Source: Octopus sinensis (lineage: Eukaryota). Taken from it: a stretch of 64,000 nt of DNA. Shown piece by piece: positions 10,111-22,499 of the stretch. Every line of letters starts with the position of its first letter. Position 1 is the stretch's first letter. Below the pieces are notes generated by a model that saw only the letters and a program-made list of their open reading frames with translations, ran no database searches and was not told the DNA's origin. The position numbers were made by a program, and so were the translations under genes. The stretch spans positions 28,532,464 to 28,596,463 of the forward strand of contig NC_043011.1 of assembly GCF_006345805.1 (NCBI RefSeq), given 5' to 3'.

Positions 10111-12564
10111 TGTTTCTTTATTAGCCACACAGGGCTGCACACAGACGGGACAAATTACAAAGTTTTCTTTTTTGAGGAAAAGAAAGGTAGGGTAGGTTGT
10201 CGATCAAAAGGGATCGTAAATGGGAAAGAAGAAAAAAAAAGAAAAAAGGAAAAGAAACAAAAGGAAAAAAACCATCAATAGGGATCGTGTATCACAGTGT
10301 CATGATGTAAAGTGTAAAGGGGGAAGCAGATAAGGTTTATCCGTGGGAAGAAAAGCCTACGGAAAAAGCCACGGTAACCTCGGTCAATATTGTTACATGT
10401 TACCACATTTGTGTGCAAGTAGGTAACCCTCTGTTTTAAATTTCCGGGTTCATAGGATTATGCTCAAGGTGGTTTCGTCATTCATATGTGCCATCCTTGC
10501 TACATTCACCCATCTTTTTTTAAAACATTCGCTGGACAAAACTTGACTCTCTACTCTCACTTTCCTTTTCTACTTGAAGAAGTAGATGAGAAATTGACCA
10601 GAGAGGAAAGTGTTTGTCTCCAATCCTTTCAGACGCGTCCACCAGATACATTCTTTCGCCATAGCCACAAGGATGATGAAAATAGCTCTTCCTTCCCGTT
10701 TGAAGGCAGGAGGGGTGACAATATTGACGATAGACTCAGCTGATAAACCGACTCGTCCCACACGTGACAGCAGTTGTTCGACATAAGCCCACAGGTCGGA
10801 AATTGTTGGACACTGGTTTCGTCGCTCTGACCGCATCTCGGGCAGGTCGGCCCCGTGTTTCCCGAGCCGTGTCTGTAGAGCTTATCCCGAACGGGTAGCG
10901 CTTCTCGGTAGCACTGCCAGGCCAGGGATCTCTGGAAGTTGTCCATGTGCCCTGGCCCGAAAGTCGTCCCGAACAGGCGGGTCAGGTATTCCTCGTCGAA
11001 GTCCAGGTTCGCCCCGAGCTCGTCGTCGTACCTCCCCTCCACTAATCCCCTATAGAATGCTTTGGCTGTGATGGAGTCACTCAAGGTCGATCCAGCACGG
11101 CAGAGTTGCTTGAGAGCAACGCGACACTCGCGTTGCCATTCGCCCTTCCTCGGCCTCTTTTTGATCCGCGACTGTAGTTCGGTCATGGAGACGAGCTGCG
11201 GGAAAGCGTGCCCCACAAACGGTGACCACACCTGTTCACCATCGTCTACGAAGAGCCGGAGATGTCGCAGTCTCAGCGCGCGTCTGCGCATCATCAACCA
11301 CGGCATGCCCAGTCCTCCTTTTAACGGGTGTTGACAGCAAATGGATCGCCTGACCATCGGGACGCATCCTTTCCACAAGAAGCGAAAGAGAATGCGTTCT
11401 AGTTTGGTGATGGTAGGGTTGGGACAAGGCACGACGGTCAGACAGTAGTAGATGACGGACGCGATGTACGTGTTCGCCACCTCCGCCCGACCTTTTAGGG
11501 ACAGTTTCCTCTCGGCCCATTGCCGGGCGAGAGTGACCACCCTACTCGTTATCTCGTTCCAGTTCTTCTCCACTTGGAGGTCCGGACCAAACTAGAACCC
11601 GAGCAACTCGACCGGACCGTCGGTCCAGCGTCCCACGACGGAGGCGCTGGTGGACGGCATGGGCTTTCTTCTCCAGGTGCATAGTCACAAGCCCACTGAC
11701 TTTTCCCGGTTGATTTTCGCTCCGGTTTATCAGCTGAGTCTATCGTAGTTTTTCAGTGTCTCGCCGACCTGCTCGATGTGCTCGTGGCTAGACACTATGA
11801 CGGTGACGTCGTCCGCGTATGCAGACACGCTCGTCCCGCATCCCAGTTCTCGCGGGATGCCCCTCAAAGTTGCCAGCTTCCGCAATAATGGCTCGAGAGT
11901 CAATACGTATAGAAGCAACGAGAGGAGGCATCCCTGAAGGACCGAACGTGCGATGTCGAAAGGTCTCGATAGATGTCCATTTACGCGAATTACCGAACGG
12001 ATGCCGCTGTACAAAGCGGCTATCCAGCCGCGGAAGACGGGACCGAAGCCAGCCGCTCTGAGGACAGCCTCCAAGTATCGATGGTCTACCCTATCGAAAG
12101 TTTTCGATTGATCCAAATTGATCAGCGCCCCACCCATGCCAGGTTCGTTAACTACCCTGTCTATGATGTAGCGCATCAGGTGGAGGTTGTCATGGATGGT
12201 CCGGCGCGGCACATCGCACGTTTGCGCCTTGTCGACCAGTTTCTCGATGACAAGCGCCAACCTCTTGGCTAACACCTTGGCCAAAATTTTCAAGTCTGCA
12301 TTAAGCAGAGCGATGGGCCTAAAGTTATCTATTACATTTCCCTTGTTTAGATCTTTCTTCAGCTGTGTTACGGCTCCTTGGCTCACAAAACCAGGAATGC
12401 TCCTGTTTTGCTGCCCGTTGCAGTACACCGCTGCCAAGACGTCTCCAAACAAGTCTGGCATACAACTGTAAAGCTCGTAGGGTAGACCATCCAAACCCGG
12501 CGATTTGTCCCTCGAGCATTCTGCCATCGCGTCCTGCACTTCCGCCGCCGTGATGGCACCTTCG
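10111..12564 (-). mobile_element. 5'-truncated L1-clade (Tx1-like) LINE: ORF2 RT and C-terminal zinc-knuckle region with frameshifts/stops, plus 3' UTR
   Basis: Motifs SPGLDGLPYELY, NFRPIALLNADLKILAKVLAKRL, LDQSKTFDRVDH, QGCLLSLLLY, SAYADDV, KLSLKGRAEVAN, KGGLG and CPRCG in ORFs 11730-12539 and 10629-11573 (-). Confidence 0.9.
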
Positions 12565-12611
<47 letters not shown>

Positions 12612-12653
12612 AGATCTCTACCACAATCTTCGTAGACAAGTATTGGCATATAG

Positions 12654-12760
12654 CAGTGTTTCTCAACCATTTTCTGCCTAAGGATCCTTTTGATTGCTTT
12701 TCTGCTCCACTGGACCCCTATAATCATTCGGCGCTTAAAAAAGAAACATTTTTTTATAAT
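12654..12760 (+). mobile_element. Possible hAT-like terminal fragment
   Basis: Begins CAGTGTTTCTCAACC, typical of hAT/Charlie-type TIRs. The partner end was not found. Confidence 0.35.
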
Positions 12761-12831
12761 TAGATATGATTAGGAATTTTATAAAAACAAATTATTTAAG
12801 TATTTTGTGTAGTGTAAAAAATTATAATCAA

Positions 12832-13050
12832 TGAATTGGTTTCAAATTTCGGCACAAGGCCAGCAATTTCAGTGGGGACTGGGCGAGCAAGTCCATTACA
12901 TCAGTGCTCGACTGGTGCCCATTTTATCGACTCCGAAAGGACGAAAGGCAAATTCGATGCCGGTGGCATATGAACTGAGGTGAATACAAACAAAATGCTG
13001 TTATTTTCACACTGCGCAATAAGCGATCCTGCCAGTTTACCACCCTAGAA
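12832..13050 (-). mobile_element. Diverged SINE-A copy
   Basis: TTTCAAATTTCGGCACAAGGCCAGC tail and CCGAAAGGACGAAAGGCAAATTCGA body in reverse complement. Confidence 0.7.
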
Positions 13051-13360
13051 GTATAACCAATACATATCAACTAGGGTCTAAATGAGTAGCTGATCATTCC
13101 TCAGAAGCCCCTAACTTACTCCTCAACCAGGAATAGTGTTACACAGTTTAGGACACAGCCAAACCTTGTACTGTAAAATACAGTAATACCTCACTGTACG
13201 AGGACTCGCTTTACGAGATCCAGGGGTTACGTACTTTATTTTTCATGCACAAGATCCGAACTTTGACGAAGTGCAAAAGTTTCTACTGCCATAACAAATG
13301 TTTCTGCGTGTTACCGAGAAATTTATAGAGAGCGAAAAAAAATGCTTCTTTCCAGCAAAC

Positions 13361-13666
13361 AATTATTTACATTATTTACATTTGACGGATATTTGTCTTC
13401 ATCTTGTTTGTTGTTAACACAACGTTTCGGCTGATATACCCTCCTGCCTTCTTCAGATGTCTTGGAGAAATTTTGAACCTGGGTTCTCATTCCTAATAAT
13501 AATAACATCGAAAAATACCTTAGGTATGAGAACCCAGGTTCGAAATTTCCCCAAGATACCTGAGGGTGTATCAAGATACAGGAGGGTGTATCAGCCGAAA
13601 CGTTGTTTTATAACAACAAACAAGATGAGGACAAATATTCGTAAAATGTAAATAACGTAAATAATT
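13361..13666. mobile_element. PLE pLTR-like fold-back (arms 13361-13496 and 13520-13666)
   Basis: The arms are diverged reverse complements and the left arm carries a hammerhead motif. Confidence 0.7.
13416..13461 (-). ncRNA. Minimal type I hammerhead ribozyme motif
   Basis: GACAT-CTGAAGA-A-GGC-aggagggtatatca-GCC-GAAA-CG-T-T-GTGTT: ACGT palindromic stem III and 5-bp stem I with two G-U pairs. Confidence 0.7.
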
Positions 13667-14329
13667 TAATTCTAGACTTGTTTTTTTAAAAAGAAATCTA
13701 CAAGTCCGTCTACGAGTGCTTGTGAATCAGCGATTGCGTCTACAAGTGATGGTGTGTGCGAGCCTAGTGCGAGTGCAAATGATTCAGAAAACGATTATAA
13801 TAATATTTTTTTTAATTATAAATGATCTTCACATTCTTTTTACTTTACATAAAATATTCTTTACATTCTGCTGTTGTTTAATTGCCATTTATTTACGAGT
13901 GTTACGAATTTTATAAGTAAAGTATTTTTTCTGAGAACGAATCTCGATTTATAACATTGCTACTATGGAAAAATATTGCTCTGCTTTACGAGCGGTCTCC
14001 GAGAACTAATTAATTCGTACATCGAGGTACTACTGTACATTCCATCTGTAGGTAGTCTCAGTTTCTCCCTACCAGTTGACTCGCAGGATATGCGTCGAGG
14101 CGAGTCTGTTGTAAAAGCCTATTGGCATGGCCCATACAGTGCCATACAGTGGAAACGAACTCAGAATCTTGCGCGTGTGGCGAGAATATTTCAAACATTA
14201 CAACCACGCTGCATAAACACACAACAGACGTACGAACAGCGGTACATACATACGCAAACATTCGTATATACACATACAGACACATTTGTGTGTTTTACAA
14301 GTGTACATTTGCATGTGTGCTTACATGCA

Positions 14330-14670
14330 TGCTTGTAGTATGTATGTATGTATGTATGTATGTATGTATGTATGTATGTATGTATGTATACATGCGTGTA
14401 TGTATGTATGTATGTATACATACGTGTATGTATGTATGTATGTATGTATGTATGTATGTAGTATGTATGTATGTATGTATACATGCGTGTATGTATGTAT
14501 GTATGTATGTATACATACGTGTATGTATGTATGTATGTATGTATGTATGTATGTATGTACGGCTTAGAACAGTTGCGCTCTCGTCTACGTTTTCTCAGTG
14601 AAGAATTAGGTGAACGTGTGTGTTGCGTGTGTGTGTGTGTATGTGTGTGTGTGTGTGTGTGTGTGTTAAT
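14330..14670. repeat. (TATG)n and (GT)n microsatellites
   Basis: Direct reading. Confidence 0.95.
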
Positions 14671-14751
14671 GTGAGACGCATACGTACCGCACACCAATCC
14701 ATTCGTACGCACACAAATATAGTTGTGTGTGAGAACAAGCGTGTTATTCGT

Positions 14752-14990
14752 TATATAATAATAATAATAATGAAATTATTGTATACAGTGCTCAGGTGCA
14801 CCACAACTTGTCAGAAAGTGCATATAAAGTACATGCAGTAATGTAGAAATGTCTGGAAAGCGAACAATGTATGAGTCAGATACATGCTTGTGTGTGTATG
14901 GCGGGGAGAAAATCAGGTGTAGTGTTGGCGAATCTCAGGAAGCATGGAAGTTTTGAAGGATGCAGTGCTCCGACAACTAACAACTTATGT
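14752..14990 (-). mobile_element. Probable LINE-type 3' end with (ATT)n tail
   Basis: Minus strand ends CTGAGCACTGTATACAATAATTTCATTATTATTATT. The family was not identified. Confidence 0.35.
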
Positions 14991-15146
14991 ACGCATGTGA
15001 TGCAGTTAAAGATTATGTGTATCTGCATGCATACATGTACCAATGTGTATACGTATGCGTGTGTGATTGCAGTGGCGCGTTATTCGCTACTTTGTCTCAG
15101 TCACAAGAATTGTGCGTGTGAGCTTGTGTGTATGTGTCTTACGAAC

Positions 15147-15251
15147 CACCTTGGGCAAGTGTCTTCGACTATAGCCTCGGGCCAACCAAACCCTTGTGAG
15201 CGGATTTGGTAGACGAAAACTGAACGAAGCCCGTCGTATATATGTATGTGC

Positions 15252-15324
<73 letters not shown>

Positions 15325-15548
15325 ATATGTTTTTGTGTCTGTGTTTGTCCCCCCAACATTGCTGCACAACCGATGATTGTGTGTTTACGTCCCCCCGTAA
15401 CTTAGCGGTTCGGCAAAAGACCGATAGAATAACTACTAAGCTTACAAAGAATAAGCCCTGGGGTCGATTTGCTCGACTAAAGGCGGTGCTCCAGCATGGC
15501 CGTAGTCAAATGACTGAAACAAGTAAAAGTGTAAAAGAGAGTCAAGAG

Positions 15549-15550
<2 letters not shown>
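15147..15550 (+). mobile_element. SINE-B copy (5'-truncated) with internal (TA)n
   Basis: ACCTTGGGCAAGTGTCTT...GAAGCCCGTCG-(TA)n-...GCTCCAGCATGGCCGTAGTCAAATGACTGAAACAAGTAAAAG. Confidence 0.85.
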
Positions 15551-15623
<73 letters not shown>

Positions 15624-15649
15624 AATGAAAATAAATAAATGCGCCCTTT

Positions 15650-15886
15650 TTAAAGCTTGCCAGGTTCATGGGCCCAGTTTCCCAGTTTCAGTGGCTTATG
15701 TGTTCTCCCCAGCTGGATGGGACGCCAGTCCATCGCAAGCATTACTCATTTTTGAGAAACTGAGTGGAATGGAGCAACGTGAAATGAAGTGTTTTGCTCA
15801 AGGACACAACGCGTCGCCCGGTCCAGGAATCGAAACCACAATCTTACGATCATGATGCTGACACCCTAACCACTAAACCACGCGCC
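15650..15886 (-). mobile_element. SINE-C-headed element with a different 3' half
   Basis: Head matches SINE-C (CCCTAACCACTAAACCACGCGCC on +) but continues into GGGACGCCAGTCCATCGC rather than the SINE-C tail. Confidence 0.65.
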
Positions 15887-16399
15887 TCCACACATATGTG
15901 TGTGTGGGGGGAGGGTTGTATGCATGTACGAGTGTGCATGTGTCTGCGACTCTGTCTCTTTAGTCGTGTATGTGATGCAATGTTTGTTTCTGTTGGTGAG
16001 CGTGTGTGGCATCTGTATATATTGACGGCTTGATTTCTTACCCTCCCGCCTCTGTTGTTCGTACATGTCAAAGATGACGAAGTGTATTAAATACATGTGA
16101 AAAGAAAACAATATTACGTGTTGTTTGTAGGAGGTCATTACGTGTTTGTATACGCATTGTACTTCTGTTTAATTTCTTCATGTTTACTTTCAATATTCCC
16201 AGCTGTAGGAGAGAAGATTTACTCTCTTTCTTCTATGATTCTGCGCCTTTAATTTACGTCGCACGTGCTTGGGTACTTATGTGCATGTGCGCGTGCGTGT
16301 GTGTGTGTGTGTCTGTCTGTCTGTACGCCTGTGTGAGGGTGTTCATGACCCCGTTAACTTAAATGCAATCTTTCTTTGATAGGTTCTGTTCTATACTTT

Positions 16400-16772
16400 T
16401 CTACTCAAGGCACAAGGCCTGAAAATTTTAGGGAGGAGGCCTGTCGATTAGATCGACCCCAGTACGCAACTGTTACTTAATTTATTGACCCTGAAAGGAT
16501 GAAAGGCAAAGTCGACTTGGTCGGAATTTGAACTCAGAACGTAAAGACAGATGAAATACCTATTTATTTACAACCCACAAGGGGCTAAACACAGAGCGGA
16601 CAAACAAGGACATACAAACGGATTATGTTGATTATATCGATCCCAGTGTGTAAATGGTACTTAATTTATCGACCCCGAAAGGATGAAAGGCAAAGTCGAC
16701 TTCGGCGGAATTTGAACTCAGAACGTAACGGCAGACAAAATAACGCTAAGCATTTCGCTCGGCGTGCTAACA
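16400..16772 (-). mobile_element. SINE-A tandem: long-tail unit joined at GGTATTTC (16560/16561) to a short-tail body
   Basis: Minus strand CCCCTTGTGGGTTGTAAATAAATA|GGTATTTCATCTGTCTTTACG. Confidence 0.8.
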
Positions 16773-16773
16773 T

Positions 16774-16813
<40 letters not shown>

Positions 16814-16982
16814 TTATACATATATATATATTTCAAGTACAATAGCGAACGCAAAGCCAATGGCTACTTCGGTCATATTCTGTTATATGCGCCATAGCTA
16901 CGAGTATTCTACTTGACTATATGAAATAAAGATATATACATAAACATATATACAATATGTATACATACATATACATATATGC

Positions 16983-17021
<39 letters not shown>

Positions 17022-17073
17022 ATATACATATATATATATATAATACATATATATATAATACATATATATATAC

Positions 17074-17122
<49 letters not shown>

Positions 17123-17169
17123 ATATACATATATATATATTATATACATATATATATTATATACATATA

Positions 17170-17553
17170 TCTCTCTATATATAAACGGCAGTTTGTCTGT
17201 GTGTGTTTCTGTGTGTCTGTTTGGTTGTACCCTCACCCTGACCACGGCTTTCAACCGATTCTGATGAAACTTGACAAACACATAGCCCAATGTCATAATT
17301 CAAAACTTACGCAGCGAAAATTTTGAAAAGTTCCCCCAGTTCTGAAAAAGATCGATAAATTCGACATGGGGGTCGACAATCAGAAACACAAACCACAGAT
17401 GGTCTAGGGGACGCAACTCGACCTTTTTAACTATCAAAAAAATTTACCATCATTTTTTTCCCCTTTTTTTGCTATTTTTTGGCTATAACTCTCTAAAAAT
17501 GCTTTATAGTTATTTCCCTTACAAACCCGAGCAACGCCGGGCGATACTGCTAG
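17170..17553 (+). mobile_element. Non-autonomous Helitron
   Basis: 5' TC(TCTC)TATATATAAA, 3' hairpin CCCGAGCAACGCCGGG followed by CTAG, inserted between A and T. Confidence 0.8.
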
Positions 17554-17585
17554 TATATATATATATATACATATATATATTATAC

Positions 17586-17833
<248 letters not shown>

Positions 17834-18094
17834 TTCAAGTACAATAGCGAACGCAAAGCCAATGGCTACTTCGGTCATATTCTGTTATATGCGCCATAGC
17901 TACGAGTATTCTACTTGACTATATGAAAATAAAGATATATACATAAACATATATACAATATGTATACATACATATACATATATGCATGTATGTATATATA
18001 CAATAAATATATATATACATGCATATATATGCATATATGTATAAGTATATAAGTGTGTATGTGTGTGCACTTATGTGCGTGTGTGTGTGAGTAT

Positions 18095-18505
18095 TTGCTC
18101 TTTTACTTGTTTCAGTCATCTCACTGCGGCCATGCTGGAGCACCGCTTTTAGTCGAGTAAATCGCCCCCCGGACTTATTCTTTGTAAGCCTAGTACTTAT
18201 TCTATCGGTCTCTTTAGCCGAACCATTAAGTTACGGGGACGTAAACACACCAGCATCGGTTGTCAAGCGATGTTGGGGGGACAAACATAGACACACAAAC
18301 ACATACGCACACACATATATATATATATACATATATATCACGGTCTTCTTTCAGTTTCCGTCTACCAAATTCACTCACAAGGCTTTGGTCGGCCCGAGGC
18401 TATAGTAGAAGACAGTTGCCCAAGGTGCCACGCAGTGGGACTGAACCCGGAACCATGTGGTTCGTAAGCAAGCTACTTACCACACAACCACTCCTTCTTA
18501 TATTC
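18095..18505 (-). mobile_element. SINE-B copy
   Basis: CTTTTACTTGTTTCAGTCAT...GCAAGCTACTTACCACACAACCACTCC: reverse complement of the tRNA-like head with A/B boxes. Confidence 0.9.
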
Positions 18506-18779
18506 TTTTACTTCTTTCAGTGAATGGACTGCAGATAATCCAACCAATCAACCACAACAATTACATGTGTGCTAGAAATATAATGTGACTCTGCAGAATT
18601 GCTAAACTATCGGATATAAGCTAATGAAATGCATACCCACTTCTTCCACTTTCTGTTCATGGTTCAAATAGATCCAAGATCAACTTCGATTTCCCCGCCC
18701 CTTCTTTTTTTGGGGTACCGATGAATAATGTAGCAGCCCATTACAAAAATCACTCTCCTCTTTCTAAAACTTTTTATTT

Positions 18780-19055
18780 TTCTCCCCCCTCTATCTGTCT
18801 GTCTCTCTCCTTTTCTCTCGCTCTCTCCCCCTTCTCTATCTCTCTATCTCTCTCTCTTCTCTCTCTCTAATTCTTTCTCTCTCTCTCTCTTTCTCTCTTT
18901 CTCTTTCTCTCTCTCTCTTTTTCTCTCTCTCTTTCTCTCTCTCTCCTTCTCTCTATCTCTCCCTCTCTCTCTCTCTCTTTCTCTATCTCCCTCTCTCTCT
19001 CCTTCTCTTTCTCTCCCTCCCTCTCTCCCTCTTTCTCCCTCTCTCTCACTCTCTG
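18780..19055. repeat. (CT)n-rich polypyrimidine microsatellite
   Basis: Direct reading. Confidence 0.95.
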
Positions 19056-19572
19056 CACTGCATACATCTAGCTAAGAAAATGACTACGTTTAACTGGGTA
19101 GACGAAGATAATATGTGGAATCTTGCCGGATAGATTATGCGTGTAATTCAAAGATCCAACTTTATTACACACACACGCGCGCGCGCGCGCAGAATGCAAC
19201 ACACTGATTCTTCTCGAAGATTACGTGAAGACTACACGCATTTATGGAATACTTTGCCACTTACGCGCTAATGTAATGTGTCTGGTAGCTCATTTGGTCA
19301 AAGCAACTTAAACATCTTGGTAGGATTTCTGACTGACATCTGAATTCTGTGGGGTAATTATTTTGTTTATTTATAAAAAGTGTCTTTATTTATGTCTTTT
19401 CACTCATTGGACCGCGGCCGTAATGAAGCATTTCTATGAAGGATTTTGTCGAACGAATCGACCATAGGACTTATTTACTAGTTCTGGCATTTATTGTATC
19501 TCTGTCTTCCGCCCAACCAGTAAGTTGCATGCACGTAAAGAAACCAACACTGGTGATGAAATAGTGGTAGGG

Positions 19573-20420
19573 ACAAAGATATACACACAAAGATATACAC
19601 ACTCAAAGATACACGCACAAAGATATACACACAAAGATATACACACAAAGATATACACAAAGATATACACACAAAGATATACACACACAAAGATATACAC
19701 ACAAAGATATACACACAAAGATATACACACAAAGATATATACACAAAGATATACACAAATATATACACACAAAGATATACACACACAAAGATATACACAC
19801 AAAGATATGCACACAAAGATATACACACAAAGATATACACACAAAGATATACACACAAAGATATACACACACAAAGATATATACACAAAGATATACACAA
19901 ATATATACACACAAAGATATACACACACAAAGATAAACACACAAAGATATTCACACACGGATATACACACAAAGATATATACACAAAGATATACACAAAT
20001 ATATACACACAAAGATATACACACACAAAGATATACACACAAAGATATACACACAAAGATATACACAAAGATATACACAAAGATATACACACAAAGATAT
20101 ACACACACAAAGATATACACACAAAGATATACACACAAAGATATATACACAAAGATATACACAAAGATATACACACAAAGATATACACACAAAGATATGC
20201 GCACAAGGATATACACACAAAGATATATACACACACATTGATATACGTACAAAGATGTACAAAAGATATCCACACAAAGATATACACAAAGCTATACACA
20301 CAAAGATATACACACAAAAGATATACACACACAAAGATATACAAACAAAAATATATACACACACATAGATGTACACACAAAAATATACACAAGATATACA
20401 CACAAAGATATACACACACC
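19573..20420. repeat. Minisatellite of AAAGATAT(AC)n units (about 12-16 bp) with higher-order blocks
   Basis: Direct reading; the variant block ...GATATATACACAAAGATATACACAAATATAT... recurs three times. Confidence 0.9.
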
Positions 20421-20471
20421 ACACACACACACACACAAAGATATACGCACAAATATACACAAACACACACA

Positions 20472-20527
<56 letters not shown>

Positions 20528-21448
20528 TATATATGTGTATGTATTTTTGTATAGACTAATCGGTAACGAACGGCGGATTTAAGAACAAAAAGAAAAGAAA
20601 ATTCCACGTTGCTCTGCGATCATTTCGTCATCTCGCATGCGGCACGTCGTGCGTCTGTACAAGTAATGTCGATATGATGGAAGGACAATTTTCCCGTTCC
20701 GTACCGGTAGACCCTTCATCTGGGATGCCAAATACTGTGACACCTTCTCCAGCGGCAACTCGATGTTGTTAGCTAACATCTCAGGCTCCCCTACTCATCC
20801 GGCTGAGAAAAACAAACTCACAAGGTATCGGTCACTTTCCGGCAGGTTTATGGTCGAGCCTGTAGCAGTTGAGACCTTCAGCATTCTTTTCCCCTCCTCC
20901 CGACCATATCCCTGCTCGCAGCTATCGGGGCTGAGATGGCTATGCGCCAGTGTGATCCCGTGATTCGAGGAGGCTATTCCAGCAAATCTCCCTCGCTATC
21001 CTCCTGAACAACCTCTTTTCCATTTTATATCCTGTTGTCATGAAAAATGTCTTTCAATGACATCTACTTAATTGAGCGGAATCAATCAGGAAAAAAGTAG
21101 TGGTTTTTTTTTGTCCCCCAAACATTTCGAAATGAACTTCGATTCAAGTAAATCAAGTTTCCAGATAGCAAAGCACCGAGGTCGGGTCAGTGAAATAGCT
21201 ACCGCATAAAAATCAAAATTAGGGCAATATAGACGTACCTATTGATGCAAACATGGGTTTATATTTCAGTTGCATGTACAATCAAAAACGGACAACCGAA
21301 TATACCACAAGACGCAAGGTTGTACCTAGGTACAAACACTGTACCAATGGTACCGCACTCAATAGACTCCAGATCCACGATAACTTCAAGGTCCGAATAA
21401 GTGAACCACAATCCATCGTTTGTAATTTGTTCATATATATATATATAT

Positions 21449-21519
<71 letters not shown>

Positions 21520-21527
<8 letters not shown>

Positions 21528-21855
21528 AAAGGGCTTAGTAAAATAAATTACTTTGCCGCATACTGAACTCATTAGAAATAGCAGCTAAAAAACTTTTTAA
21601 AGCTATTTCTAATACTTAAAGAAAATCTCTCTCATATATAGTGTTTGCTTAATTCAACTCACAAAAGTTTGGGGGTAAGGACATCGAATGTCCTTACCCC
21701 CAAACTTTTGTGAGTTGAATTAAGCAAACACTATATATATGAGAGAGATTTTCTTTAAGTATTAGAAATAGCTTTAAAAAAGTTTTTTAGCTGCTATTTC
21801 TAATGAGTTCAGTATGCGGCAAAGTAATTTATTTTACTAAGCCCTTTTATATAAT
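21520..21855. repeat. Near-perfect palindrome (165/168-bp arms, 3-nt spacer) beside (TA)n; pLTR-like end
   Basis: The arms differ only by one TA unit and one homopolymer base. The sequence is related to 4441-4543. Confidence 0.9.
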
Positions 21856-22499
21856 GTAATAATTTGAATTCGCCTTGAATGGTCCCTTTGCATACTGAAC
21901 ACTTGGTGAAATTGATTAATAATTAATTAATTTTGCCCTCAATTGTTGAAAATATATATATATATATATATAATAGAAATATTACGTTTCTAAATATCTC
22001 AAAGAGATATAAGCAGTGGTGGTACGATAGAGCATTCGTATACTGTCAACTTAATGTGACAGTGCCATGAAGGATTTCTTCTCAGTGTCTGTCTATCTAG
22101 TCCAATTTCATGAGTTCGCGCGGCCCAAGACTAATAGAAGACACTCGCCCAAGATGGCCACTGCATGGTACTGAACACAGAACGAGTCATTGGGGATCAA
22201 AATTCTAACCTTACAGCGCCCATATATATGTGTGTGGTGTGTGTGTGTGTGTGTGTGTGCGTGTGCGTGTGTATAGATAGATAGAGAGAGAGAGGGGGGA
22301 GATTTCATATGTATATATATAGAGAAATTAGATCATTTTTATAACAATCAAATTTAAATAAAAATGAAGTTAAGGCAATTTATAATAATAGAAGGGAAAT
22401 AACCCGTATTTACTCCCTTTCTAACCCCAATAATATAAATAATAATAATAATAATAATAATATTTATGATCAGAATGAAAAGAATAGAAATAATAAACG

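Larger units (their letters stand above)
13181..14035. mobile_element. Tc1/pogo(Tigger)-like MITE interrupted by a PLE fold-back
   Basis: TIRs CAGTAATACCTCACTGTACG and (reverse complement) CAGTAGTACCTCGATGTACG, with TA on both sides (13179-80, 14036-37). Confidence 0.7.
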
